From: Squalus acanthias
Lineage: Eukaryota
Direction: 5' to 3'
Length of the DNA: 64,000 nucleotides
NCBI GenBank assembly: GCA_030390025.1
Contig: JASTWF010000035.1
Location: forward strand, 4,464,001 to 4,528,000
The translations under genes were made by a program, and so were the position numbers. This document shows positions 40,627 through 51,361 of the stretch, piece by piece; positions within the stretch are counted from its first letter, which is position 1, and each line of letters begins with the position of its first letter. A model generated the notes under the pieces. That model was not told where the DNA came from, did not search any database, and saw only the letters and a list, made by a program, of their open reading frames with translations.

Positions 40627-41419
40627 CTAGTTTAAATGCTCCCGAACTGCTTTATCAAAAATTACCCCGAGAACATCAGTTCCATCTTTGCACAGGTGTA
40701 GACCGTCCCTTTTGTATAGGTCACACCTACCACAAAACTGGTTCCAATGCCTCAAAAATTTAAAACCCTCCCTCTTACACCACTGCTCAAGCCACGTATT
40801 TAGCCTAACTATCCTGTTCTCTGTACTCTTACTAGCACGTGGCACTGGTAGTAATCCAGAGATTACTACCTTCGAGGTCCTACTTTTTAGCTTGGCTCCT
40901 AACTCCCTAAATTCTACTTGTAGGACCTCTTCCCTTTTTTTAGCTACGTCGTTGGTACCAACATGTATCACGACAACTGGCTGTTCCCCCTCCCCCTCCA
41001 GAATGTTCTGCACCCGCGCCGAGACATCCTTGACCCTCGCACCAGGGAGGCAACATACCATCCTGGAGTCTCGGTCGCGACCACAGAAACCCCTATCTAT
41101 TCCCCTTACAATCGAATCCCCTATTACTATAGCCCTGCCACTCTTTTTCCCTCCCTTCTTTGCAACAGAGCCAGTCATGGTGCCATGAGCCTGGCTGCTG
41201 GTGCCTTCCCCCGATGAGTCATCCCCCCCGACAACAGCACCTAAGGCGGTGAACCTGTTGCTAAGGGAGACAACCCCAGGGGATTTCTGCACTACCTTCC
41301 TGCCCTTGCTCTGCCTTTTGGTCACCCATGTACTATCTACGCTGGCCTTAACCTGCGGTGTGACCAACTCACTAAATGTGCTATCCACAACCCTCTCAGA
41401 ATCGTGGATGCTCCAAAGT
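40627..41419 (-). CDS. CR1 ORF1p C-terminal part with SGNH/GDSL esterase domain (5'-truncated)
   Basis: IGDSIVRG (block I), VIHVGTND (block III), DGLHL (block V). The first ~47 aa of the ORF-track entry belong to element E. Confidence 0.88.
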
Positions 41420-41595
41420 ACATCCTCAAAAAATTCCAGTAGATTAGTTAAGCATGATTTCCCTTTTGTAAATCCATGTTGACTTTGTCCAATCCTGTCA
41501 CTGTTTTCCAAGTGCTCTGCTATTACATCTTTTATAATGGACTCTAGCATTTTCCCCACTACCGATGTCAGGCTTACCGGTCTATAATTCCCCGC

Positions 41596-44055
41596 GGATT
41601 GGGAGGATTTTAGAATTCAGCAAAGGAGGACCAAGAAATTGATAAAGAAAGGGAAAAGAGAATATGAGAGTAAACCAGCGAGAGACTTAAAAACAGACTG
41701 TCAAACCTTCTATAGGTATGTAAAAAGGAAAAGATTAGCGAAAGTAAATGTGGGTTCTTTACAGGCTGCAACAGGAGAAATTATAATGGGGAATAAGGAA
41801 ATGGCAGAGAAATTAAACAAATACTTTGTGTCTGTCTTCACGGAAGAAGACGCAAAAAACTTCCCGGAAATAGTGGAGAACCAAGGGTCTAGTGAGAATG
41901 AGAAACTGAAAGAAATTAGTATTAGTAAAAAAAATAGTACTGGAGAAATTAATGGGACTGAAAGCCGATACATCCCCTGGACCTGATGGCTTAGATCCTA
42001 GGGTTTTGGAAGAGGTGGCTATAGAGATAGTGGATGCATTGGTTGTCATCTTCCAAAATTCCATAGATTCTAGAACAGTTCCTGTGGATTGGAAGGTAGT
42101 AATGTAACCACACTATTTAAGAAAGGAGGGAACTACAGACCAATTAGCCTGACAACAGTAGTAGGGAAAATGCTAGAATCTATTATTAAGAGCACTTAGA
42201 AAATAATAATAGGATTGGGCAGAGTCAACACGGATTTATGAAAGGGAAATCGTGTTTGACAAATCTGTTAGAGTTTTTTTGAGGTTGTAACTAGCAGAAT
42301 AGATAAGGGGGAACAAGTGGATGTGGTGTATTTGGATTTTCAGAAGGCATTCGATAAGGTGCCATGCAAGAGGTTATTAAACAAAATTAGGGCTCATGGG
42401 ATTGGGGGTAATATACCAGCATGGATTGAGGATTGGTTAACGGACAGAAAACAGAGTAGGAATAAACGGGTCATTTTCGGGTTGGCAGGCTGTAGCTAGT
42501 GGGGTAGCGCAAGGATCAGTGCTTGGGCCTCAGCTATTCACAATCTACATCAATGATTTGGATGAGGGGACCAATATATCCAAGTCTGCTGATGATACAA
42601 AGCTGGGTGGGAATGTAAGTTGTGAGGAGGATGCAAGGAGGCTTCAAGGGGATACAGACAGGCTAAGTGAGTGGGTAAGAACATGGCAAATGGAATATAA
42701 TGTGGAGAAATGCGAAGTTATCCACTTTAGTAGGAAAAATAGAAAAGCAGAGTATTTTTTAAATGGTGAGAGATTGGGAAATGTTGGTGTTCAGAGGGAC
42801 CTGGGTGTCCTTGTACACGAATCACTGAAAGTAAACATGCAGGTACAGCAAGCAATTCGGAAAGCAAATGATATGCTGGCCTTTATTACAAGAGGATGTG
42901 AGTACAGGAGTAAAATCGTCTTACTGCAATTATATAGGGCCCTGGTGAGACCACACCTGGAGTATTGTGTACAGTTTTGGTCTCCTTACCTAAGGAAGGA
43001 TATACTTGCCATAGAGGGAGTGCAACGAAGGTTCACCAGACTGGTTCCTGGGATGGGGGGATTGTCCTATGAGGACAGATTGAGTAGACTAGGCCTATAC
43101 TCTCTAGAGTTTAGAAGAATGAGAGGTGATCTCATTGAAACATACAAAATTCTTACAGGGCTTGTCAGGGTAGATGCAGGGAGGATGTTTCCCTTGGCTG
43201 GGGAATCTAGAACCAGGGGTCACAGTCTCAGAATAAGGGGTCGGCCATTTAGGACTGAGATGAGGAGAAATTTCTTCACTCAGGGTGGTGAATCATAGAA
43301 TCATAGAAAGTTACAGCACGGAAGGAGGCCATTTCGGCCCATCGTGTCCGCGCTGGCCAACAAAGAGCTATCTAGCCCAATCCCCACTTCCCAGCTCTTG
43401 GTCCATAGCCCTGCAGGTTACAGCATCCCAAGTGCACATCCAAGTACTTTTTAAATGTGGTTAGGGTTCCTGCCTCTACCACCCTTTCAGGCAGTGAGTT
43501 CCAGACCCCCACAACCCTCTGGGTAAAGAAATTTCCCCTCAAATCTCCTCTAAACCTTCCCCCAATTACTTTAAATCTGTGCCCCCTGGTTTTTGACCCC
43601 TCTGCTAAGGGAAATAGGTCCTTTCTATCCACTTTATCTAGGCCCCTCATAATTTTATACACCTTAATAAGGTCTCCCCTCAGCCTCCTCTGTTCCAAGG
43701 AAAACAGACCCAGCCTATCCAGTCTTTCCTCATAGCTAAGATTCCCTACTCCCAGCAACATCCTTGTAAATCTCCTCTGTACCCTCTCTAGTGCAATCAC
43801 ATCTTTCCTGTAATGTGGTGACCAGAACTGCACGCAGTACTCTCTTTGGAATTCTCTACCCCAGAGGGCTGTGAAGGCTCAGTCGTTGAGTATATTCAAG
43901 ACAGAGATCAATAGATTTTTGAATATTAAGGAATCAAGGGATATGGGGATAGTGCAGGAAAGTAGAGATGAGGTAGAAGATCAGCCATGATCTCATTGAT
44001 TGGCAGAGCAGGCTCGAAGGGCCAAATGGCCGACTCCTGCTCCTATTTCTTATTT
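41596..44055 (+). mobile_element. Degenerate CR1 LINE 'G', interrupted by H at ~43290-43842
   Basis: Frameshifted ORF2 pieces 41639-41986, 42317-42499 and 42519-43298. It resumes at CTTTGGAATTC (~43844) and ends in the 3' stem-loop/tail at ~44050. Confidence 0.9.
43290..43842 (-). mobile_element. 5'-truncated CR1 LINE 'H' inserted in G
   Basis: ORF 43372-43833 encodes the ORF2 C-terminus. (CATAGAAT)n reverse tail at ~43290. Confidence 0.88.
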
Positions 44056-44084
44056 TCTCTCTGTGTCTCTCTCTGTCTCTTGGA

Positions 44085-44755
44085 GGTATATGTGTGCAAA
44101 TCATTAAAGGTGGCAGGACAGGTTGAGAAAGTGGTTAAAAAAGCATATGTGATACTGGGCTTCATAAATAGAGGCATAGAGTACAAAAGCAAGGAAGTTA
44201 TGATGAACCTTTATAAAACACTGGTTCGGCCTCAACTGGAGTATTCTGGGCACTGCACTTCTGCCTTAGAGAGGGTGCAGAAAAGATTTGAGAATGATTC
44301 CAGGGATGAGGGACTTCAGTTAGGTGGATAGACTGGAGAAGCTGGGATTGTTCTCCTTAGAGCAGAGAAGGTTGAGAGGAGATTTGATAGAGATGTTCAA
44401 AATCATGAGGGGTCTGGACAGAGTAGATAGAGAGAAACTGTTCCCATTGGCAGAAGGGTCGAGAACCAGAGGATACAGATTTAAGGTGGTTGGCAGAAGA
44501 ACCAAAGGCGACATGAGGAAAAACTTTTTTACACAGCGAGTGGTTAGGATCTGGAATGCACCGCCTGAAAGGGTGGTGGAGGCAGATTCAATCGTGGCTT
44601 TCAAAAGGGAATTGGAGAAGTACCTGAAGGAAAAACATTTGCAGGGCTACAGGGAAAGGGCGGGGGAGTGGGACTAGCTGAAGTGCTCTTGCAGTGAACC
44701 GGCACGGGCTCGATGGGCCGAATGGCCTCCTTCTGTGCTGTAATCATTCTATGAT
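44085..44755 (+). mobile_element. 5'-truncated CR1 LINE 3' end
   Basis: ORF2 C-terminal pieces 43987-44331 and 44324-44677. Tail CATTCTATGATT. Confidence 0.85.
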
Positions 44756-44928
44756 TGTCTCTGTCTGTCTGTTTCTCTTTTTCTGTCTCTCTGTCTCCTC
44801 CCCTGTCCTCTGCCTACCTCTCTGTCTGTTAATCCTATGCTGTTGCTGTGTGGAGGGAGTGCCGAGTCCCTGTTGTAATGCAGGAAGGTGCGCGCTTCCC
44901 TTGCTGACTGGTGTTCCTTGTATTCTAG

Positions 44929-45110
44929 TTGGCTCTGTGCCGTGTGCTTGGGATTTGGACAGACTCCATCGGTTGGCGGTACAGACTGAGAATCCCGTCG
45001 GTCATCACTGGGGGCTCGCGAGTAACGATCTGGTGATGAGACGCCGAGTGTCCCGCAGCAGTACCCTCGCCCCGTACAGCCGACCCCCCTACAGACCGGG
45101 CCACTGCTGA
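44929..45110 (+). CDS. PCED1A: Probable terminal coding exon of PCED1A
   Basis: Branch-like CTGAC at ~44904, pyrimidine tract and TTCTAG|TT acceptor in phase 1, matching the 36022 donor. Encodes VGSVPCAWD...GHHWG...VMRRRVSR...APYSRPPY...C then TGA. ATTAAA follows ~120 nt later. Confidence 0.65.
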
Positions 45111-45229
45111 CCGGGGGGGGGGGGGGGTGGGCTGTGTCAGAGTGCCTGAACCTTTCTGTTAAATGTAGGGTGTGTTGAAGCTGTGCCTCCTGTCTCTGAT
45201 CTGCAGTTTGTAGTTTTATTTTAAGATGC

Positions 45230-45235
45230 ATTAAA
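45230..45235 (+). promoter_or_regulatory. Candidate poly(A) signal ATTAAA of PCED1A
   Basis: First hexamer downstream of the stop codon at 45110, preceded by a U-rich stretch. Confidence 0.45.
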
Positions 45236-45623
45236 ATGGTTTCTGGACTCCAGTTCTTGGTAAATGAACATCCAAGACCCCAACTCCCACCTGGGGGCTT
45301 GGGTTGGGGGAGACCCCCTTGTTTGGGGGGGTGGGGAAGAGAAGAGAAACTCTGTGGGTGAGGCGAGGGTAGCGACTCTGAGAGGCCTTGAAGGGGGGGG
45401 GGGGGCGGGGCGGGGTGGAGAGAGAGAAACAGCTTATATCTCCTTCTGTTGAGCCCATGTCGCAGCAATCCATCCTTCCATCCTCAGTTGCAGCTTTAGT
45501 CCCCAGTCCAGACCTCTCAATGACCTGACCTGACCCGACCTCCGACCCCAGCAATCCCAAATGTGCTGCAATAATCTCCAGTCAGGACAGGAAACTGCCC
45601 GTGTGAAAATGACTTCCACAATT

Positions 45624-46141
45624 CCTCAGTACTGCCCCTCCGACAGTTCAGCACTCCCTCAGTACTGCCCCTCCGACAGTGCAGTGCCCCCTCAGTACTG
45701 CCCCTCCGACAATGCGGCACTCCCTCAGTACTGCCCCTCCCACAGTTCAGCACTCCCTCAGTACTGCCCCTCCGACAGTGCAGTGCCCCCTCAGTACTGC
45801 CCCTCCGACAGTGTGGCACTCCCTCAGTACCGCCCCTCCGACAGTTCAGCACTCCCTCAGTACTGCCCCTCCGACAGTGCGGCACTCCCTCAGTACTGCC
45901 CCTCCCACAGTTCAGCACTCCCTCAGTACTGCCCCTCCGACAGTACAGCCCTCCCTCAGTACTGCCCCTCCGACAGTGCGGCGCTCCCTCAGCACTGCCC
46001 CTCCGACAGTGCAGCACTCCCTCAGTACTGCCCCTCCGACAGTGCAGCGCTCCCTCAGTACTGCCCCTCCGACGTTGCAGTGCCCCCTCAGTACTGCCCC
46101 TCCGACAGTGCGGCGCTCCCTCAGTACTGCTCCTCCGACAG
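45624..46141. repeat. 33-bp minisatellite (CCTCAGTACTGCCCCTCCGACAGTGCAGCACTC)n, ~16 units, probably derived from a DeuSINE-type segment
   Basis: 11-aa periodicity in the ORFs. The unit resembles the reverse complement of the recalled CAGTACTGAGGGAGTGCTGCACTGTCGGAGG segment of Deu-domain SINEs. Confidence 0.9.
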
Positions 46142-46654
46142 GGCAGTTCCCCTCAGGCCTTGCTGCAGCCCCTCGTCCCCGGTGCCTCACCCTGTGCAGG
46201 TCCCGCTACTATACTAGCCTCTAAAGAACGCGGAGTGCCAGTATCTGAGCTGGTGCCTGTTGGTGTGACATGCAGTGTGTTCTTCCTCCTCTTCTCCCAC
46301 CTCACACTCTACGGTGCCCTCAGGGACAGGCTGCTCTGCTCCTTCTGCTTGCTGAGGCAGCTGCACAGCCAGCAATGCTGAGAATGAGATTCTGTAGCAT
46401 CAATGAACCTCCCCTTTAAGTAGTGAAAAAAGCCTGTGGCAATCATGACTTGCGATTAGACTGCACCCAATATTGGTCCACCCTTTAAGTCTAACGCCAA
46501 TGAGCTTGGGTTTTAAGACTTGATTTAGGACTCCAATCATTTTATTGAGCAATGAGCCAAATTTCTCATGCAGTCAAAAGCATTTGCGCCTGGTGCTAAT
46601 TCTTCAACTTTTCTACTGACACCGCCCATTCCTTGGCTATAACGAATTTCTAGC

Positions 46655-47070
46655 ACAAACTGTTCTTATTGGTGGAAGGGTCGATAACCAGAGGACACAG
46701 AATTAAGGTGATTGGTTCTTTTGCCAAAGACGACATGAGGAAAATCTTTTTTACGCAGTGAGTGGTTAGGATCCAGATCACAACAACTCGCTGTGCAAAC
46801 CAGAAATGTTTCCTCGTGTCACCTCTGGTTGAATGTAGAATTAATCTTCTATATTCACAGGAATACAAGCCCAGTCTGTGCAACCTGTCCTCATAATTTA
46901 ACCCTTTTAGCCCCGGTATCATTCTGGTGAATCTGCGCTGCTCCCCCTCCAAGGCCAATCTATCCTTCCTGAGGTGCGGGGCCCAGAACGGAACGCAGTG
47001 TCCAGATGGGGTCTGACCAGAGCTCTGTACAGCTGGAACAGAACTTCCACCCCTTTGTATTCCAGCCCCT
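46655..47070. mobile_element. Short CR1 fragments in both orientations
   Basis: Plus-strand EGSITRGHRIKV...FFTQ-like piece at ~46655-46775. Minus-strand LYRALVRPHL...RRFTRMIPG piece at ~46840-47070. Confidence 0.75.
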
Positions 47071-47119
47071 GTGGCGGTGCAGATGATTGCTGAGCGATGG
47101 ATTTGTACTGTCGCAGATC

Positions 47120-47905
47120 TCCGCTGCCCCTCAGTCCCCCTCCATCCCAACCCTCGCTCCGCGGCCCCTCACGGTCACTCTCCATCCCAACCCTCGCTCC
47201 GCGGCCCCTCTCAGTCCCCCTCCATCCCAACCCTCGCTCCGCGGCCCCTCAGTCACCCTCCATCCCAACCCTCGCTCCGCGGCCCCTCTCAGTCCCCCTC
47301 CATCCCAACCCTCGCTCCGCGGCCCCTCAGTCACCCTCCATCCCAACCCTCGCTCCGCGGCCCCTCAGTCACTCTCCATCCCAACCCTCGCTCCGCGGCC
47401 CCTCACAGTCACCCTCCATCCCAACCCTCGCTCCGCGGCCCCTCAGTCACTCTCCATCCCAACCCTCGCTCCGCAGCCCCTCACAGTCACCCTCCATCCC
47501 AACCCTCGCTCCGCGGCCCCTCTCAGTCCCCCTCCATCCCAACCCTCGCTCCGCTGCCCCTCACAGTCACCCTCCATCCCAACCCTCGCTCCGCGGCCCC
47601 TCACAGTCCCCCTCCATCCCAACCCTCGCTCCGCGGCCCCTCACAGTCACTCTCCATCCCAACCCTCGCTCCGCGGCCCCTCTCAGTCCCCCTCCATCCC
47701 AACCCTCGCTCCGCGGCCCCTCACAGTCACTCTCCATCCCAACCCTTGCTCCACGGCCCCTCACAGTCACTCTCCATCCCTACCCTCGCTCCACGGGCGC
47801 TCTCACTCTCTCCATCCCAACCCTCGCTCCACGGGCGCTCTCACTCTCTCCATCCCTACCCTCGCTCCACGGGCGCTCTCACTCTCTCCATCCCAACCCT
47901 CGCTC
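47120..47905. repeat. 38-40-bp C-rich minisatellite (CTCCATCCCAACCCTCGCTCCGCGGCCCCTCACAGTCAC)n, ~20 units
   Basis: Direct reading. The last units are diverged variants. Confidence 0.93.
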
Positions 47906-49673
47906 TCGCTGTGCTGTCTCATGTACCAATCCAATGATTTGTGTAGAGTCCTGTCAGCATTTTATGGGTTTAATGTCCAGAATCCAGAGAGGGTAATAAA
48001 CAGAGTTCAGTATCTCGACAAGTATTTGTCAATGAATCCTTAAGACTATTATATTGAGTTTGAAAGTGATTTAGTTAAATCCGAAACTAGGGTCTTAAAT
48101 CTAAACAAAGCAAATTACATAGGTATGAGGGGTGAGTTGGCTACAGTAGATTGGGAAACTACATTAAAAGGTATGACGGTAGACAAGCAATGGCTAGCAT
48201 TTAAAGAATTAATACATAATTTACAACAAATATACATTCCTTTAAGGCACAAAAACCCCACAGGAAAAGTGGTCCAACCGTGGCTAACAAGGGAAGTTAA
48301 AGATAGTATTAGATCAAAGGAAGAGGCTTATAATGTTGCCAAAAAGAGCAGTAAGCATGAGGATTGGGAGGATTTTAGAATTCAGCAAAGGAGGACCAAG
48401 AAATTGATAAAGAAAGAGAAAATAGAATATGAGAGTAAACTAGCAAGAGACATAAAAACAGACTGTAAAAGCTTCTATAGCTATGCAAAAAGGAAAAGAT
48501 TAGCGAAAGTAAATGTGGGCCCCTTACAGGCTGAGACACGAGAAATTATAATGGGGAATAAGGAAACGACAGAGAAATTAAACAAATACTTTGTATCTGT
48601 CTTCACGGAAGAAGACGCAAAATCTTCCCGGAAATAGTGGAGAACCAAGGGTCTAGCGAGAATGAGGAACTGAAAGAAATTAGTATTAGTAAAAAAAAAA
48701 AGTACTGGAGAAATTAATGGGACTAAAAGCCGATAAATCCCCTGGACCTGATGGCCTACATCCTAGGGTTTTAAAAGTGGTGGCTATAGAAATAGTGGAT
48801 GCATTGGTTGTCATTTTCCAAAATTCCATAGATTCTGGAACGGTTCCTGCCGATTGGAAGGTAGCAAATGTAACCCCACTATTGAAGAAAGGAGGGAGAG
48901 AGAAAACAGGGAACTACAGACCAGTTAGCCTGACATCAGTAGCAGGGGAAATGCTAGAATCTATTAAGGACTTGGTAACAGGGCACTTAGAAAATAATAA
49001 TAGGATTGGGCAGAGTCAACACGGATTTATGAAAGGGAAATCGTGTTTGACAAATCAATCAACCAGTGGATGAGGTATATTTGGATTTTCAAAAGGCATT
49101 CGATAAGGTGCCACACAAGAGGTTATTAAACAAAATTAGGGCTCATGGGATTGGGGGTAATATACTAGCATGGATTGAGGATTGGTTAACGGACAGAAAA
49201 CAGAGTAGGAATAAACGGGTCATTTTCGGGTTGGCAGGCTGTAGCTAGTGGGGTATTGCAAGGATCAGTGCTTGGGCCTTAGCTATTCACAATCTACATC
49301 AGTGATTTGGATGAGGGGACCAAATGTAATATATCCAAGTTTGCTGATGATACAAAGCTGGGTGGGAATGTAAGTTGTGAGGAGGATGCAAGGAGGCTTC
49401 AAGGGGATATAGACAGGCTAAGTGAGTGGGCAAGAACATGGCAAATGGAATATTATGTGGAGAAATGTGAAGTTTTTCACTTTGGTAGGAAAAATAGAAA
49501 AGCAGAATATTTTTTAAATGGTGAGAGATTGGGAAATGTTGGTGTTCAAAGGACCTGGGTGTCCTTGTACACGAATCACTGAAAGTTAACATGCAGGTAC
49601 AGCAAGCAATTAGGAAAGCAAGTTGGCCTTTATTACAAGAGGATTTGAGTATAAGAGTAAAGACGTCTTACTG

Positions 49674-50620
49674 CAATTATACAGGGCCCTGGTGAGACCA
49701 CACCTGGAGTATTGTGTACAATTATACAGGGCCCTGGTGAGACCACACCTGGAGTACTGTGTACAATTATACAGGGCCCTGGTGAGACCACACCTGGAGT
49801 ACTGTGTGCAATTATACAGGGCCCTGGTGAGACCACACCTGGAGTATTGTCTACAATTATATAGGGCCCTGGTGAGACCACACCTGGAGTATTGTGTGCA
49901 ATTATACAGGGCCCTGGTGAGACCACACCTGGAGTACTGTGTGCAATTATACAGGGCCCTGGTGAGACCACACCTGGAGTATTGTCTACAATTATATAGG
50001 GCCCTGGTGAGACCACACCTGGAGTATTGTGTACAATTATACAGGGCCCTGGTGAGACCACACCTGGAGTATTGTCTACAATTATATAGGGCCCTGGTGA
50101 GACCACACCTGGAGTATTGTCTACAATTATATAGGGCCCTGGTGAGACCACACCTGGAGTATTGTGTGCAATTATACAGGGCCCTGGTGAGACCACACCT
50201 GGAGTACTGTGTGCAATTATACAGGGCCCTGGTGAGACCACACCTGGAGTATTGTCTACAATTATATAGGGCCCTGGTGAGACCACACCTGGAGTATTGT
50301 GTACAATTATACAGGGCCCTGGTGAGACCACACCTGGAGTATTGTGTACAATTATACAGGGCCCTGGTGAGACCACACCTGGAGTACTGTGTACAATTAT
50401 ACAGGGCCCTGGTGAGACCACACCTGGAGTACTGTGTACAATTATACAGGGCCCTGGTGAGACCACACCTGGAGTATTGTGTACAATTATACAGGGCCCT
50501 GGTGAGACCACACCTGGAGTATTGTGTACAATTATACAGGGCCCTGGTGAGACCACACCTGGAGTATTGTGTACAATTATACAGGGCCCTGGTGAGACCA
50601 CACCTGGAGTACTGTGTGCA
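49674..50620 (+). repeat. 45-bp tandem array (~21 copies) of the ORF2 segment QLYRALVRPHLEYCV
   Basis: In-frame 15-aa periodicity in ORF 49623-50669. Confidence 0.97.
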
Positions 50621-50651
50621 GTTTTGGTGGTCTTACCTAAGGAAGGATATA

Positions 50652-51015
50652 CAGGAAACTCTTTATTAACCGGCACCGACGGGACCGTCGTGGTGCCGGT
50701 TAATCAAAAAGTCCGGATAACGGAGAGTTATATCTCCCAACGTACGAGAGCCCCGTACACATTGACATGCGCCTGCATTCGGAGCTCCATCTCCCCGGGG
50801 ACCGCCAGCTGACCATCTGTCGTGTCCGCTGCCTACCCGGGCTGCACATTCCCCTCCCAATCTACACGCTCCGATACAAGGCAAACGCCTCGGGGTTTTT
50901 TTTAAAGTTAATTTTAAACGAGAGATGAAGGAAAACCCCGGTTACCTACTCAAGAATTTTGCCGGTTAAGAGAGATTTCCGGATATTTGGGTGCCGGTTA
51001 ATAAAGAGTTTCCTG
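50652..51015. mobile_element. 364-bp non-autonomous Tc1/mariner-pogo (Tigger-like) MITE
   Basis: Perfect 26-bp TIRs CAGGAAACTCTTTATTAACCGGCACC (50652-50677 and 50990-51015). TA duplicated at 50650-51 and 51016-17. The empty site GGATATACTTGCC is seen in sister LINE G. Confidence 0.95.
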
Positions 51016-51361
51016 TACTTGCCATAGAGGGAGTGCAACGAAGGTTCACCAGACTGGTTCCTGGGATGGGGGATTGTCCTATGAGGAGAGATTGAGTAGA
51101 CTAGGCCTATATTCTCTAGAGTTTAGAATAATGAGAGGTGATCTCATTGAAACATACAAAATTCTTACAGGGCTTGTCAGGGTAGATGCAGAGAGGATGT
51201 TTCCCCTGGCTGGGGAGTCTAGAACCAGGGGTCACAGTCTCAGAATAAGGGGTCAGTCATTTAGGACTGAGATGAGGAGAAATTTCTTCACTCAGAGGGT
51301 GGTGAATCTTTGGAATTATCTACCCCAGAGAGCTGTGGAGGCATTAAGGGAATCGAGGGAT

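Larger units (their letters stand above)
37586..41419 (-). mobile_element. Near full-length CR1 LINE 'F' (5'-truncated within ORF1, intact ORF2, 3'UTR and tail)
   Basis: Reverse tail CATAGATACATAGATACATAGAAG at 37586. Uninterrupted ORF2 and esterase-type ORF1. Confidence 0.95.
36657..41594 (-). mobile_element. CR1 LINE RT fragment 'E', split into 36657-37587 and 41420-41594 by element F
   Basis: The RT sequence ...LLEFFEDV|TGRIDKGEPV... is continuous across the F insertion. Confidence 0.87.

Noticed and set aside
40627..41559. Novel RT-esterase fusion protein (310 aa)
   Set aside because: Chance in-frame junction between host element E (RT segment) and the truncated 5' end of inserted element F.
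41420..41700. Twin-priming 5' inversion at the head-to-head E/G junction (~41595)
   Set aside because: The two sides are different subfamilies and cover overlapping parts of ORF2, so they are better explained as independent insertions.
45517..48043. Pro/Ser-rich repeat proteins
   Set aside because: They are translations of the 33-bp and 38-40-bp minisatellites, open in several frames on both strands.
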